Shown: one piece after another, positions 1 to 11,042 of the stretch
Layout of the letters: each line of letters starts with the position of its first letter
Numbering within the stretch: the stretch's first letter is position 1
Origin: Thermoanaerobaculia bacterium
Lineage (GTDB): Bacteria; Acidobacteriota; Thermoanaerobaculia; Multivoradales; JAIOJS01
DNA: 64,000 nucleotides
Assembly: GCA_963846495.1 (NCBI GenBank)
Contig: CAWJWP010000021.1
Span: 77,185-141,184, forward strand
Direction of reading: 5' to 3'
Translations under genes and position numbers: made by a program
The notes under the pieces: model-generated
The model's database searches: none
What the model saw: the letters and a program-made list of their open reading frames with translations, nothing else
What the model was told of the DNA's origin: nothing

Positions 1-1
1 G

Positions 2-583
2 TCGGCGCACCCGACGAAGACGAAGCCGTACAAGTACAGCTGGGCCGACCGCCTCTACCTGCCGCTGCTGCAAGGCTTGATGGTGACGGCGCGCCACTTC
101 TTCAAGAACCTGCGGAAGAGCAAGTACACGATCAGCTACCCCGAGGAGCGGCGCCCCTACAGCGGCCGCTACCGCGGCCACCACATCCTCACCACGCGGC
201 CCGACGGCACGGTGCGCTGCGTCGCCTGCTTCCTCTGCGCCACCAACTGCCCGGCCGAGTGCATCCACATCGAGGCCGCCGAGCAGCCCGACGTCAACGT
301 CGAGAAGTACCCGGTCGTCTACGAGATCGACATGCTGCGCTGCGTCTTCTGCGGCTACTGCGTCGACGCCTGCCCCGAGGAGGCGATCATCATGAGCCGC
401 AACACCGACATGGCGTACTTCACCCGCGAGCAGTCGATCGTCGGCAAGGCGCAGCTGATGAAGCCCTACACCGTCGACCCGGAGCGGCTGGGCTATCGAC
501 CGTACTACCCGGAAGAGGACAAGAAGCGCGCGCAGATGCGGCGCGAGGCCTTCGACCTGGTGAGCGCGGCCCGGGACCGCTAA
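2..583 (+). CDS. nuoI: NADH-quinone oxidoreductase subunit I (2x[4Fe-4S]), 5' end outside window
   Basis: CVACFLCATNCP and CVFCGYCVDACP ferredoxin motifs, YPEE..RYRGHH and YEIDMLRC motifs. The frame is open back to the window edge (..YSWADRLYLPLLQGLMVTARHFFKN). Confidence 0.9.
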   Translation, partial: SAHPTKTKPYKYSWADRLYLPLLQGLMVTARHFFKNLRKSKYTISYPEERRPYSGRYRGHHILTTRPDGTVRCVACFLCATNCPAECIHIEAAEQPDVNVEKYPVVYEIDMLRCVFCGYCVDACPEEAIIMSRNTDMAYFTREQSIVGKAQLMKPYTVDPERLGYRPYYPEEDKKRAQMRREAFDLVSAARDR

Positions 584-641
584 TCAGGCGGCGGCTGATT
601 CGCGGCGCGCCGCCGGCATCCCAGCCGGCGACCTAAACGAA

Positions 642-1226
642 ATGGCCGCGAGCGGCCTCTCTAGGGTCATGATCGTCGAGCTGGCGGCGGTGCCGGTGGG
701 GGAGGTGGACGAGGAGGCCGCCCTCGTCCGCCAGGCGGCGGCGGGGGACGCCGGCGCCTTCGACGAGTTGGTGCGGCGCCACTGGCGCGAGCTGGTGCGT
801 CTCGCCCGCGTCGTGCTGGCCTCGGACCTCGAGGCGGAGGACCTGGCGCAGGAGACGCTGGTGCACGCCTGGCGGCGTCTCGGCGAGCTGCGCGAGCCGG
901 CGAGCTTCCTCTCCTGGCTGCGCCGCTCGCTGGTGCGCCGCGGCGTCCGGCTGGCGCGGCGGCGCCGGCGGCAGCTCGCAGTCGTTCCGCTCGACGGCGT
1001 GACGGCGTTGACGCTGCCGGCCGCCGAGATGGGGTGGTCGCGCGTCGAGTCGCTGCTCGCCGCGCTCACGCCTCGCCAGCGGGCGACGGTCTTCCTCGTC
1101 GAGGTGGAGGGGCTCTCCACCGGCGAGGCAGCCCTCCGGCTCGGCGCCAGCGAGGCCACGCTGCGCGTCCACCTCTTCCTCGCCCGCCGCCGCCTGCGGG
1201 CTTACCTCGCGGGAGACCAGCGATGA
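642..1226 (+). CDS. ECF RNA polymerase sigma-70 factor
   Basis: EEAALVRQAAAGDAGAFDELVRRH, AEDLAQET, FLSWL, LTPRQR...EGLSTGEAA: sigma regions 2 and 4. Confidence 0.88.
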   Translation: MAASGLSRVMIVELAAVPVGEVDEEAALVRQAAAGDAGAFDELVRRHWRELVRLARVVLASDLEAEDLAQETLVHAWRRLGELREPASFLSWLRRSLVRRGVRLARRRRRQLAVVPLDGVTALTLPAAEMGWSRVESLLAALTPRQRATVFLVEVEGLSTGEAALRLGASEATLRVHLFLARRRLRAYLAGDQR

Positions 1227-1567
1227 ACGTCCTGCCTGCGGAGCTACGCGATCGGTTGCGCGGCTGGGCCGAGCGGCCGCCGCGGCGCGATGCCGCGACC
1301 GCCGCGCGTCTCGCTCGAACCTCGCGACGTCGCTACCCTTCGGCGACGCGCCTGCGCCTCGCCTGGGCCGCGGCGGCGCTGGCGATGCTGCTCGGGACCG
1401 GCCTCGGCCTGGTGGCGACTCGCCAGCCCGCGCCGGCTCCCACCGTACCGCCGGCGGCGAGCACCGCCTCATCCGCTGTCGACAGTCATGTCGTCGTCAT
1501 CGAGCTCGGCTCGGGAACCCCTCTCTACGTCGTGCTGCCGCCGCCGGCGGCCCGGAGGTCCTCATGA
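1223..1567 (+). CDS. Small single-pass membrane protein, putative anti-sigma factor
   Basis: ATGA overlap with the sigma stop and with the next gene; basic N-terminus, one hydrophobic helix (LAWAAAALAMLLGTGLGLV), then a Pro-rich tail. Confidence 0.6.
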   Translation: MNVLPAELRDRLRGWAERPPRRDAATAARLARTSRRRYPSATRLRLAWAAAALAMLLGTGLGLVATRQPAPAPTVPPAASTASSAVDSHVVVIELGSGTPLYVVLPPPAARRSS

Positions 1568-2400
1568 AACCGCTCCTGCGCTCCTTTGCGCTGCTGCTCC
1601 TCGCCGTCGTTGTCTTCGCTGCAACTCCGCTGCGTGCTGCCGACGACTCGCTCGCGGTGCGCTTCGCCCTCGTCGTCGGCAACCGCGGCGAGGCGCCGCT
1701 GCCCACCATCGGCGAGGTGCTCGCCGAGCCGCTGATGAAGGACTACCTGACGCAGTGGGACCCGGGCTCGGACAATCCCGAGATCCGCCGCCTCTTCGCG
1801 CTACGCGGGCTCAGCGAGGTGACGCGCCAGGCGGCGCGCCTGCAGCCCGCCGGCGGCACCCTCGCCGGCGCGGCGCGCATCGGCAACGTGCGCTGGCGCG
1901 TCGACGTCGACGTCGAGCGCCAGGGCGAGGTGGCGACCTTCGCCGCCCGCATCCACCGCAACGACGAGCTGGTCTCGGCGCCCACGGTGCGTAGCGCCCT
2001 CGGCGAGAAGGCAATCGTCTCCAGCACCAGCGAGGAGGACGCCACCTTCCTCTTCGTCGTCGTGCAGGCGGACGACTGGTCGCGCGTGGCGGCACGGCAG
2101 GCCGGCGGCATCGCTCCGGCGGCGCCGCGCGCGGTGCCGAAGGCGATCCACAAGGTCTCCCCCGACTACCCCGACAGCGAGCGGGCGTCGCGCGTCGAGG
2201 GCGTCGTAGTGCTGGCGCTGCGCGTCGACAAGAGCGGTCGAGTGAGCGACGCCCGCGTCGTGCGCAGCCTCGGCAAGGCCTTCGACGAGGCCGCCGTCGA
2301 GGCCGTCCGTCAGTGGCGCTTCGAGCCGCTGGTGCGGGACGGGCAGCCGGCGGAGTCGGAGATCAACATCACCATCAACTTCGTGCCCGGCGCGCCCTAG
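1564..2400 (+). CDS. Exported protein with C-terminal TonB_C domain
   Basis: N-terminal signal peptide; PDYP..RASRVEGVVVL...VDKSGRVSD..VVRS..AFDEAAVEAVRQWRFEP is a TonB C-terminal motif. Confidence 0.85.
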   Translation: MKPLLRSFALLLLAVVVFAATPLRAADDSLAVRFALVVGNRGEAPLPTIGEVLAEPLMKDYLTQWDPGSDNPEIRRLFALRGLSEVTRQAARLQPAGGTLAGAARIGNVRWRVDVDVERQGEVATFAARIHRNDELVSAPTVRSALGEKAIVSSTSEEDATFLFVVVQADDWSRVAARQAGGIAPAAPRAVPKAIHKVSPDYPDSERASRVEGVVVLALRVDKSGRVSDARVVRSLGKAFDEAAVEAVRQWRFEPLVRDGQPAESEINITINFVPGAP

Positions 2401-4193
2401 ATTCCCGCCGCTACGTAGACGTCCAACACGTCCGGCACGCGGGCCACGAGCTCCCAACGCCTGCCGACGACGGCGTAGAAGGGCGACGCACGCACGAGGT
2501 AATGGGTGTTGATGGTCCCCGGGTACACGGCGACCGCGGCGATGCCGAGGGAGCGCAGCCGCTGGTCTGCCTGCTCGGCCGGCAGCTCGAAGAGGAACCG
2601 CACTTCGGGGCTCCACACCGGCACCACCTCCACGCCGTGCTCGACCAGCGCCGCATGCAGGTAGGGGCTGTCGGACAGGACGCGTGAACCGGGTGGCAGC
2701 TCGCCTACCAGGTCGTCGCCGAGCTGCTCCTCGGACGGCGGCGGGTGCGGTGCGAGCGCCTGCTGGGGCCATTGGCGCAACGGTACGCTCAGCGGATGAG
2801 CCGGATAGAGCAGCGCGTGCCCGGCCGTCCATAGCTGCAGCGCGACCACCGCGGCGAGAGCGACCGCGGTCGCCGCGCGGCGGCGCAGCAGCGGTTCGAG
2901 CGCGCCCCCCGCGGCGATCGACAGCGCGACGACCGCCGGGGCGAACACGCGCATCGACATCGCCAGCCCGCCGAGGGTGTAGCCGACAAACCGGATCCAG
3001 ACGGCCGCGACGACCACCGCGATGACCAGTAGGTACCCGTGGCGGCGCCAGCCGGCGACGGTGCCAGGGATGCCGGCGAGCAACTGGAGTGGTGCCCACA
3101 AGACCAGGAACAGCCCTGCCACCCGCCAGCGGCTGGCGGGCCATACCCTGACGTCGAGCACCGCGTGGCCATGCTCGAGGAGCGCGTCGTAGACCGGGTT
3201 GACCGCGAAGCCCGCCAGGCGCAGCGGATAAACGGGATTTCCGGCAAGGATCCAGTTGCGGAGGTACCAGGGGAGCGCGACGGCGAGGGCCACCGCACCG
3301 AACAGCGCGAGCGAACGGGGACCCAGTCGGCGCCAGGCCAGCGCGAGCGCGCCGCCGAGCACGGTGATCCAACCAAACTCACGCGCCAGGGCCCCCACGC
3401 CGGCCGCCAGCCCCGCCATCACCACCGCGCGGGGGTCTCGCGGTGCTCGCGCCACGCTGGCGAAATACAAGGTCCCGGCCATCGACAGCGACAGGAGACC
3501 TGCCTCCTGGCCGACCAGGACCGCTCGCAGCAGCAAGGGCGAGGCGGCCGCGATCGCTACGGCGAGGACCGCTGCGCGCGGCGTGAACAGGGCGCGAGCC
3601 GACCCGTAAACGAACGCCAGAGTGGCAGCGAGCTGCGCGGCGCTGAACACGCCGGTCAGCTCCGCGGCTGGCCTGCCCGCGCTGACGTGGATCCACCAAT
3701 GCGCGAACGGGACCAGCGGCGGGATGCCGTCGGGGAAGAAATAGTGGCGGAAGTCCGCCGCGGCCAGCGGGGGGTAGAAATCGAAGCTGCCGACGGCGAG
3801 CATCCGGCGCGCGAGGAAGTCCCACCGGGTCATGGTGTCGGGGCCCGGCAGCGGAGCGAACGTCGCGCCGGCGAGCAGCGCTACGACGACCAGGGTCGTG
3901 GAGACGACGAGGGTTCGCTCGAGTGCGGTTGCCTGGCGGTCGACGGCGGCGGGGGGCGCGCTGCGCCGCGTCAGCCACGCGCCCGCGATCGCCGCCGCCA
4001 CCAGGCACGGCAGGACGGTCGACAATTGGACGGGAAAGCCGGCGACGCCCACCCAGAAGACGGCATGGAAGAGGATCAACAGCGAGCTGACGAAGGCCGC
4101 CGGCAGCTGCAGCGGCAGGCTCGACCAGCGGGCGACGAACCAGCCGGGAACGACGAAGCCGAAGATCAGCAGGAACGGGGCGAGGATCCGCAT
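2397..4193 (-). CDS. Polytopic membrane protein, probable GT-C (ArnT/PMT-like) glycosyltransferase
   Basis: Start taken at MRILAPFLLIFG. Many TM helices, GPD...RWDFLAR first loop, PWYLRNWILAGNPVYP motif typical of GT-C-like proteins. Confidence 0.65.
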   Translation of the reverse strand: MRILAPFLLIFGFVVPGWFVARWSSLPLQLPAAFVSSLLILFHAVFWVGVAGFPVQLSTVLPCLVAAAIAGAWLTRRSAPPAAVDRQATALERTLVVSTTLVVVALLAGATFAPLPGPDTMTRWDFLARRMLAVGSFDFYPPLAAADFRHYFFPDGIPPLVPFAHWWIHVSAGRPAAELTGVFSAAQLAATLAFVYGSARALFTPRAAVLAVAIAAASPLLLRAVLVGQEAGLLSLSMAGTLYFASVARAPRDPRAVVMAGLAAGVGALAREFGWITVLGGALALAWRRLGPRSLALFGAVALAVALPWYLRNWILAGNPVYPLRLAGFAVNPVYDALLEHGHAVLDVRVWPASRWRVAGLFLVLWAPLQLLAGIPGTVAGWRRHGYLLVIAVVVAAVWIRFVGYTLGGLAMSMRVFAPAVVALSIAAGGALEPLLRRRAATAVALAAVVALQLWTAGHALLYPAHPLSVPLRQWPQQALAPHPPPSEEQLGDDLVGELPPGSRVLSDSPYLHAALVEHGVEVVPVWSPEVRFLFELPAEQADQRLRSLGIAAVAVYPGTINTHYLVRASPFYAVVGRRWELVARVPDVLDVYVAAGI

Positions 4194-4230
4194 GGCGGCC
4201 GAGAAGGTGCGCGCTCTCCGCGCCGCGGCG

Positions 4231-5067
4231 TCAGCCGCCCCGCGACAGCCGCACCATCTGCTCGGCGTCCTGGCCGAAGTAGCGGCGGATGAGCTGGAAG
4301 TACTCGCTCGAGTGGGTGAAGCCGTCGAGGAACTGGTCGAGCTGGGCCTTCCACGGCGAGCCCTTGCGCAGCACGAAAGCCATCGTCTGCGGCTGGCCGA
4401 CGCTGTCGACGAGCACCAGGCCCTTCTGCTTGCCGTTGGTCCAGAACTGTGGCAGGTCGACGAGCGCGGCGTCGAGCCCGCGCGGGCGCGCCCCCAAGGC
4501 ATCGAAGACCGCCTCGTTGCTGGCGAAGCCGGTGCTCGCCTTGACGCCGCCGAGCGACGCCGCCAGTCGCTCGACCTCGGCGGCGTTGGTGCTGCCGACG
4601 GTGGCGCCGAGCCGCAGGCCGCCCTTGAGCTGCTCGCGCCAGCGTGCCGCGTCGAGCACGCCCGGCGGAGCGATCAGCACGCTACGCACCGGCAGCGTCG
4701 CGGTGGAGAAGTCGACCAGCTTGGCGCGCTCGGCGGTGGCGGTGATGCCGCCGACGCCGACGTCGGCAGCCCCCTTCTGCACCGCCTCGAGCACCGGCCC
4801 CACCGTCGAGCCGTAGCTGAACTCGAGCTTCGCCTCCTTGCCGGTACGCACGCGGTGCCAGGCGGCGAAGCGGCGCAGCAGGTCGACGTCGAAGCCGGGC
4901 GGCTCGGTGCCGGCCGAGGCGACGAACTTCCCCGACACGCGGGCCATGACGCGCAGCTCGACGGAGTCGGCGGCGCCGGCTTGGGCGCTTCCTGACTGCG
5001 GCCAGACGAGAGCGCCGGCGAGCAAGAGCAGGGCGACGGCGACAGCGAAGACGGCGATCTTCCGCAT
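4231..5067 (-). CDS. Solute-binding protein, family 3 (amino-acid type)
   Basis: Signal peptide; GFDVDLL, GGITATAERAKLVDFS, GATVGST motifs. Confidence 0.85.
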   Translation of the reverse strand: MRKIAVFAVAVALLLLAGALVWPQSGSAQAGAADSVELRVMARVSGKFVASAGTEPPGFDVDLLRRFAAWHRVRTGKEAKLEFSYGSTVGPVLEAVQKGAADVGVGGITATAERAKLVDFSTATLPVRSVLIAPPGVLDAARWREQLKGGLRLGATVGSTNAAEVERLAASLGGVKASTGFASNEAVFDALGARPRGLDAALVDLPQFWTNGKQKGLVLVDSVGQPQTMAFVLRKGSPWKAQLDQFLDGFTHSSEYFQLIRRYFGQDAEQMVRLSRGG

Positions 5068-5245
5068 GCGGATCTCCTGTCGGGGGAAGCGAAGCGGAGG
5101 CCCACCATGATAGCGCCCACCCGCCGGCGGGGCCGAGCGCGTCCCGTGGTGCGGCGTCCGCTCGGCAGTCGCCGGTTCGCGCTGCCCGCTGCAGTGCCCT
5201 ACAATCGACCTGTCCCCCGAGAGCCCTCGACGAGAAGGAACCCCG

Positions 5246-7127
5246 ATGACCCTGCCCGTGATCGCCGACGCCGAGAGCCAGGACGCCCCCCATCACCCCG
5301 CCCAGGAGCCGCTGCACGAAGTCGTCATCCGCTTCGCCGGCGACTCCGGCGACGGCATGCAGGTGACCGGCAGCCAGTTCACCAGCACCTCGGCCTTGGT
5401 GGGCAACGACCTCTCGACGCTGCCCGACTTCCCGGCCGAGATCCGCGCCCCCGCCGGCACGCTGCCCGGCGTGTCGGCCTTCCAGGTGCGCATCGCCGAC
5501 TACGACATCCACACGCCCGGCGACGCTCCCGACGTGCTGGTGGCGATGAACCCGGCGGCGCTCAAGGCCAACCTGCGCGACTTGAAGCCCAACGGCGTCG
5601 TCATCGCCAACACCGACGAGTTCCACGAGCGCAACTTCAAGAAGGTGGGGATCGTCCAGAACCCGCTCGAGGACGGAACCCTCGAAGGTTTCCGCCTCTT
5701 CAAGGCCGACATCGCGACGTTGACCAAGCGGGCGCTCGCCGACAGCGGCCTCGACGCCCGCTCGCAGGAACGCTGCAAGAACTTCTTCGCCCTCGGCATG
5801 TGCTACTGGCTGTTCAGCCGGCCGCTGGAGCCCACCGTCGAGTGGCTGGAGAAGCGCTTCGCCAGCAAGCCCGAGCTCGCGGCCGCCAACGTCAAAGTGA
5901 TGAAGGCGGGCTACAACTACTGCGACATCACCGGTCTCTTCCAGGTGCGCTACGAGGTGCTGCCGGCGAAGCTCGAGCCCGGCACCTACCGCAACATCAA
6001 CGGCAACCTGGCGCTGGCGCTCGGCCTGGTCACCGCCAGCCGCAAGAGCGGGCTGCCGCTCTTCTGCGGCTCCTACCCGATCACGCCGGCGAGCGACGTG
6101 CTCCACCACCTGGCGCCGCTCAAGAGCTACGGCGTCACCACCTTCCAGGCCGAGGACGAGATCGCCGCCGTCTGCTCGGCGATCGGCGCCTCCTTCGGCG
6201 GCGCGCTCGGGGTCACCGCGACCTCGGGCCCCGGCCTCGCCCTCAAGCAGGAAGCGATCAGCCTCGCGGTGATGGTCGAGCTGCCGCTCGTCGTCTGCGA
6301 CATCCAGCGCGCCGGCCCGTCGACGGGGATGCCGACGAAGACCGAGCAGGCCGACCTGCTGCAGGCGATGTTCGGCCGCCATGGCGAGTCGCCGGTGCCG
6401 ATCATCGCGCCCGCCTCGCCGGCCGACTGCTTCGACGCGGCGCTGGAGGCGTGCGCGGTGGCCACCCGCCACATGGTGCCGGTCATCCTGCTCTCCGACG
6501 GCTACCTCGCCAACGGCGCCGAGCCGTGGAAGCTGCCGACGCTCGAGGAGCTACCCGACCTGGCGGTGGAGTTCCGCACCGACCCGAGCGGCTTCACGCC
6601 CTACCTGCGCGATCCCGAGACGCTGGCTCGGCCGTGGGCGATCCCCGGCACGCCGGGGCTCGAGCACCGGATCGGCGGCATCGAGAAGCAGGAAGGCACC
6701 GGCAACGTCAACTACGAGCCGCAGAACCACGAGCGCATGGTGCACCTGCGCGCCGAGAAGGTGGCGCGCGTCGCCCAAGAGATCGCGCCGCTCGAGGTCG
6801 ACGGCGATCCCGAGGGCGAGCTGCTGGTCGTCGGCTGGGGAAGCACGCGCGGCGCCATCATCGGCGGCGTCAACGCGGCGCGCCAGCTCGGGCTGCGCGT
6901 CTCGCGCGCGCACTTCCGCTGGCTCAACCCGCTGCCGAGCAACACCGGCGAGGTGCTGTCGCGCTTCGACAAGGTGCTGCTGCCGGAGATGAACCTGGGG
7001 CAGCTGGCGATGCTGCTGCGCGCTCGCTTCCTGAAGGACGTCATCAGCTACACCAAGGTGCAGGGGCGGCCGTTCTTCCGCCAGCAGGTGTGCGACAAGA
7101 TCGTGGAAGTGCTCGGGGGTTCTGCCA

Positions 7128-7138
<11 letters not shown>
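5246..7138 (+). CDS. korA: 2-oxoacid:ferredoxin oxidoreductase, alpha(+gamma) subunit
   Basis: IRFAGDSGDGMQ, YPITPAS, QAEDEIAA, TSGPG, QRAGPSTGMPTKTEQ. Confidence 0.95.
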
Positions 7139-8184
<1,046 letters not shown>

Positions 8185-8188
<4 letters not shown>

Positions 8189-8517
8189 GCGACGAAGCAG
8201 CCTCTGAAGTGACCTCGATGACGGCGAAGTCGCTCGACGACCTGCGGCCGGGCGACTTCCAGCCGCTCGTCGGCGAGCGCTTCACGGTGGTGCTCAACGA
8301 GGGCGACTTCGGCCTCGAGCTGGTCAACGTGCGCGTGATGCGCTCGCACCGGCGGCGCGAGGAGCCCTTCGCGCTGCTCTTCCGCGGCCCGCAGCAGCCG
8401 GTGCTGCCGCAGCGCATCTACACCGTCGCGCACGCGAAGACCGGCCAGCTGGTGATCTTCCTGGTGCCCGTGCAAGGGACCGGCGAAGGCGTCGAGTACG
8501 AAGCCGTCTTCAATTAG
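8185..8517 (+). CDS. DUF6916-like small protein (partner of tail-collar/GNAT clusters)
   Basis: F..LVGERF, PFALLFRGP...LPQRIY...H...G.L.IFLVPV...YEAVFN pattern; ATG at 8185 overlaps the corrected korB stop. Confidence 0.75.
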
Positions 8518-9973
8518 GCGGTTCGAGCGCGACGGCCGCCGGCTGCGGCGGCGGTAGGGCCGGGCAAGAGAAGGCCGCGGGCGCCGCGAGGCCGCGCTCG
8601 CCATCGCTCTCGATCTCGACGCGGCCCAGACGGTTGGCGGCAGCCAGCGCTGCTTGCGGTCCACCCGCGAGCGCCGGCTCGTGACCGGCGAGCGCCAGCG
8701 CGCTGCTGCCGCGCTGATGCAGTGCCAGAGAAGGCCCGCCGCCGGCGCCTTCGCCGAAGCGGTTCTCAGCCAGCGCCAGGCAGGCGCGGCTCTCGTCCCG
8801 CGTTTCCAGGAGGAGCGCCGGGTAGCGCACCTCGCCGGTGCTGGCGCCGCTCGCGAGGTCGTTGTCGCGCGCGGCCAGCGCCAGAGCGGCCTGCGCGGCG
8901 GCGACGGCATGGACAGCTTCCGCCCGCTGGCCGGCCAGGCGGTTCCCGACCAGCGTCACCTTGCCCTCGGCGTGGTCGCCGAGCAGCACGACGACGCCGC
9001 GCGCCGTGCCGGCGCCGCCGATGGCGTTGGCCGTGAGCTGCGCGTCGACGTGTGCGCGGCCGGAGGCTGAGACTGTGAGCCCCGTCTCGCGCGCCAGCAG
9101 GTCGTTGCCGCGGGCGGCGATCTCGAGCACGCTCGACTCGCGTGCCACGGCGCTCACCACCGTCACCGCCTGCTCGGCCGGCGCGCCGATGGGACCGCTG
9201 CCGGCGAGGTCGAGGCGGAGCTTGCCCTCGCCCTCGGCAGCGAGGTCGAGGGCGTTGCCGGGCAGCGCCTCGAACGAGACGGCGGTAGCCGTCAGCAGCA
9301 GCACGGCATCGGCGCCAGCGCGCACGACGATTCCCTCGCCGGTGACCGCGACCCCCTCGAGCTCGATCGTCCCTTGGCTGCTCGTGCCGTCGACCTTCAG
9401 CGCCGGGGCGACGGCGCTGCCGTGCAGCTCGCTGTTCTCGACGCGAACGACGCCGCGTGGATCGCGCAGCAGCACGCCGCCGTCGATGCGCAAGCCGGCA
9501 AGGAGCACGTCACCGACGCGGTTGCCGGAGACCGCGCCGGCGCCGCCGTGCAGCTCGAGGCCCTCGACACGGGCGTGGTCGGCCAAGACCACTGCCGGTC
9601 CTGCGCCGCCGTCGATCAGCGGCCGCTCGCCGGCACCAAACGCCTCGTCACCGGCAGCGGCGAGGGTGGCACCGCTGCCGACCAGCCGCTGGTATGCGCG
9701 CAGGCGGATGCCGCCGAGGCCGCGCGCAGTGCCGTCGCCCCGGAAGACGTAGATGGTGTCGCCGACGTCGGCGGCGCGCTCGGCGCGCGCCAGGCGGTCG
9801 AAGGGCGCCACCACCGAGCCGTCGCCATCCGGCGCCGCGGTGTTGTCGACGTACCAGGTGCGGGCGGGATGCGCCGGCTTGCGCGCCAGCGGCTCGATCG
9901 CCGAGGCGGCGCTCGGCAGGAGCGCGACGACGAGGGCGGCAGCGGCGGCGCGGTGGGGAAGAGAGGTCGCCAT
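8510..9973 (-). CDS. Secreted right-handed beta-helix protein, paralog of the C-terminal part of the giant adhesin
   Basis: Signal peptide (..LLPSAASA); WYVDNTAAPDGDGS..PFDRL...GDTIYVFRGDG beta-helix cap; repeated N-x-I/L strands. Confidence 0.7.
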   Translation of the reverse strand: MATSLPHRAAAAALVVALLPSAASAIEPLARKPAHPARTWYVDNTAAPDGDGSVVAPFDRLARAERAADVGDTIYVFRGDGTARGLGGIRLRAYQRLVGSGATLAAAGDEAFGAGERPLIDGGAGPAVVLADHARVEGLELHGGAGAVSGNRVGDVLLAGLRIDGGVLLRDPRGVVRVENSELHGSAVAPALKVDGTSSQGTIELEGVAVTGEGIVVRAGADAVLLLTATAVSFEALPGNALDLAAEGEGKLRLDLAGSGPIGAPAEQAVTVVSAVARESSVLEIAARGNDLLARETGLTVSASGRAHVDAQLTANAIGGAGTARGVVVLLGDHAEGKVTLVGNRLAGQRAEAVHAVAAAQAALALAARDNDLASGASTGEVRYPALLLETRDESRACLALAENRFGEGAGGGPSLALHQRGSSALALAGHEPALAGGPQAALAAANRLGRVEIESDGERGLAAPAAFSCPALPPPQPAAVALEPPN

Positions 9974-10167
9974 GCGCAGCGTCCGAACCCGCGCATGGTG
10001 GAGATGCCGCCGGCGAACGCTCGTTGGGCGCGGGGCGGCGACCCTATCAAACCGCCGCGCCTGCGGCCGTGACCGGCATCACGCCGCGGCGCGGCCTGCC
10101 GCTGGGCTCAGCGCGATCGCGCTTCGGCTCGGCACGACGCCACACGCGCGGGCGAAGCGCCGTCGCC

Positions 10168-10452
10168 TCAGCGCGATGCCAGCACGCGCTTCCAGGCCGG
10201 CATGCGCTCCACGTACTCGGCGACGAACCAGCAGCTGGGCACGACCTTCAGCCCTTCGGCCTCGGCCCATTGGAGCGCTGCCTCGACGACGCGGGCGGCG
10301 ATGCCGCGGCCGCGCAGCGCCGGTGGCGTGTAGGTGTGGACGAAGGCGACCGTCGAATCGTCGAGCCGTCGATAGACGAGGTGCGACGCCTGGCCGTCGC
10401 GGTCGAGCGTGAAGCGCCGCTGCGCCTCGTCATGGACGATCTCGGAAGCCAT
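10168..10452 (-). CDS. Small GNAT acetyltransferase (YjdJ-like)
   Basis: HTYTPPALRGRGIAARVV...GLKVVPSCWFV. Confidence 0.88.
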   Translation of the reverse strand: MASEIVHDEAQRRFTLDRDGQASHLVYRRLDDSTVAFVHTYTPPALRGRGIAARVVEAALQWAEAEGLKVVPSCWFVAEYVERMPAWKRVLASR

Positions 10453-10535
10453 CGCGTACCTCCTCGCGGCTCGCGCTGCAAGCGCCGCGCCGGTCTCGGC
10501 GACTCGCGGCGGCGCGAGTCGATGTCGCGAGAGCT

Positions 10536-11027
10536 TCAGCCCGCGCCGCCGCCCACCGGCCGCTCGAGCAGCAGGTAGACGCCCTTGTCCTCGCGGAAGA
10601 CGAAGCTCAGCCGGTGGTAGAGGCGCAGCGCCGGGTTGAAGCGCTCGACGTGGACGCTCACCGGCTTGCCCGCGGCGTCCGCTTCGGCGAAGAGCTCCGC
10701 CAGCAGCGCGCCGCCCAGCCCGCGGCCGCGGTGCTCCGGCAGCAGACTGATGTCGACGATGCGCACCTCGTTCTCCCAGCGCGCCACGTAGAGACGGCCG
10801 GCCGGCTCGCCGTCGACCTCGATGACGTCGAAGCTCGAGCCGGCGTAGTTCTCCTGGTACCAGGCGTGCTGCGCCTCGAACTGTTGGCGCACGAACGCCT
10901 CCTTCTGCTCCGCCGGCCAGTCGACGCCGGCGAGCTCCTCCTCGCGCGTGGTGGCGTAGAGGCGGAAGAGGAAGGGGAGGTCGGCGTCGGAGATCGGACG
11001 CAGCCGCAGCGGCTCGGGAACGCGCAA
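10536..11027 (-). CDS. GNAT N-acetyltransferase of the type linked to tail-collar gene triplets
   Basis: LYATTREEEL...QQFEAQH..Y, IVDISLLPEHRGRGLG, NPALRLYHRL. The TTG start is uncertain. Confidence 0.88.
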   Translation of the reverse strand: MRVPEPLRLRPISDADLPFLFRLYATTREEELAGVDWPAEQKEAFVRQQFEAQHAWYQENYAGSSFDVIEVDGEPAGRLYVARWENEVRIVDISLLPEHRGRGLGGALLAELFAEADAAGKPVSVHVERFNPALRLYHRLSFVFREDKGVYLLLERPVGGGAG

Positions 11028-11042
11028 GCCGGTGATGCCCGC

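Noticed and set aside
10030-10165. GC-rich intergenic stretch with possible hairpins (ncRNA?)
   Set aside because: Pairing is expected at this GC content; no recognisable RNA family motif or U-tract terminator.
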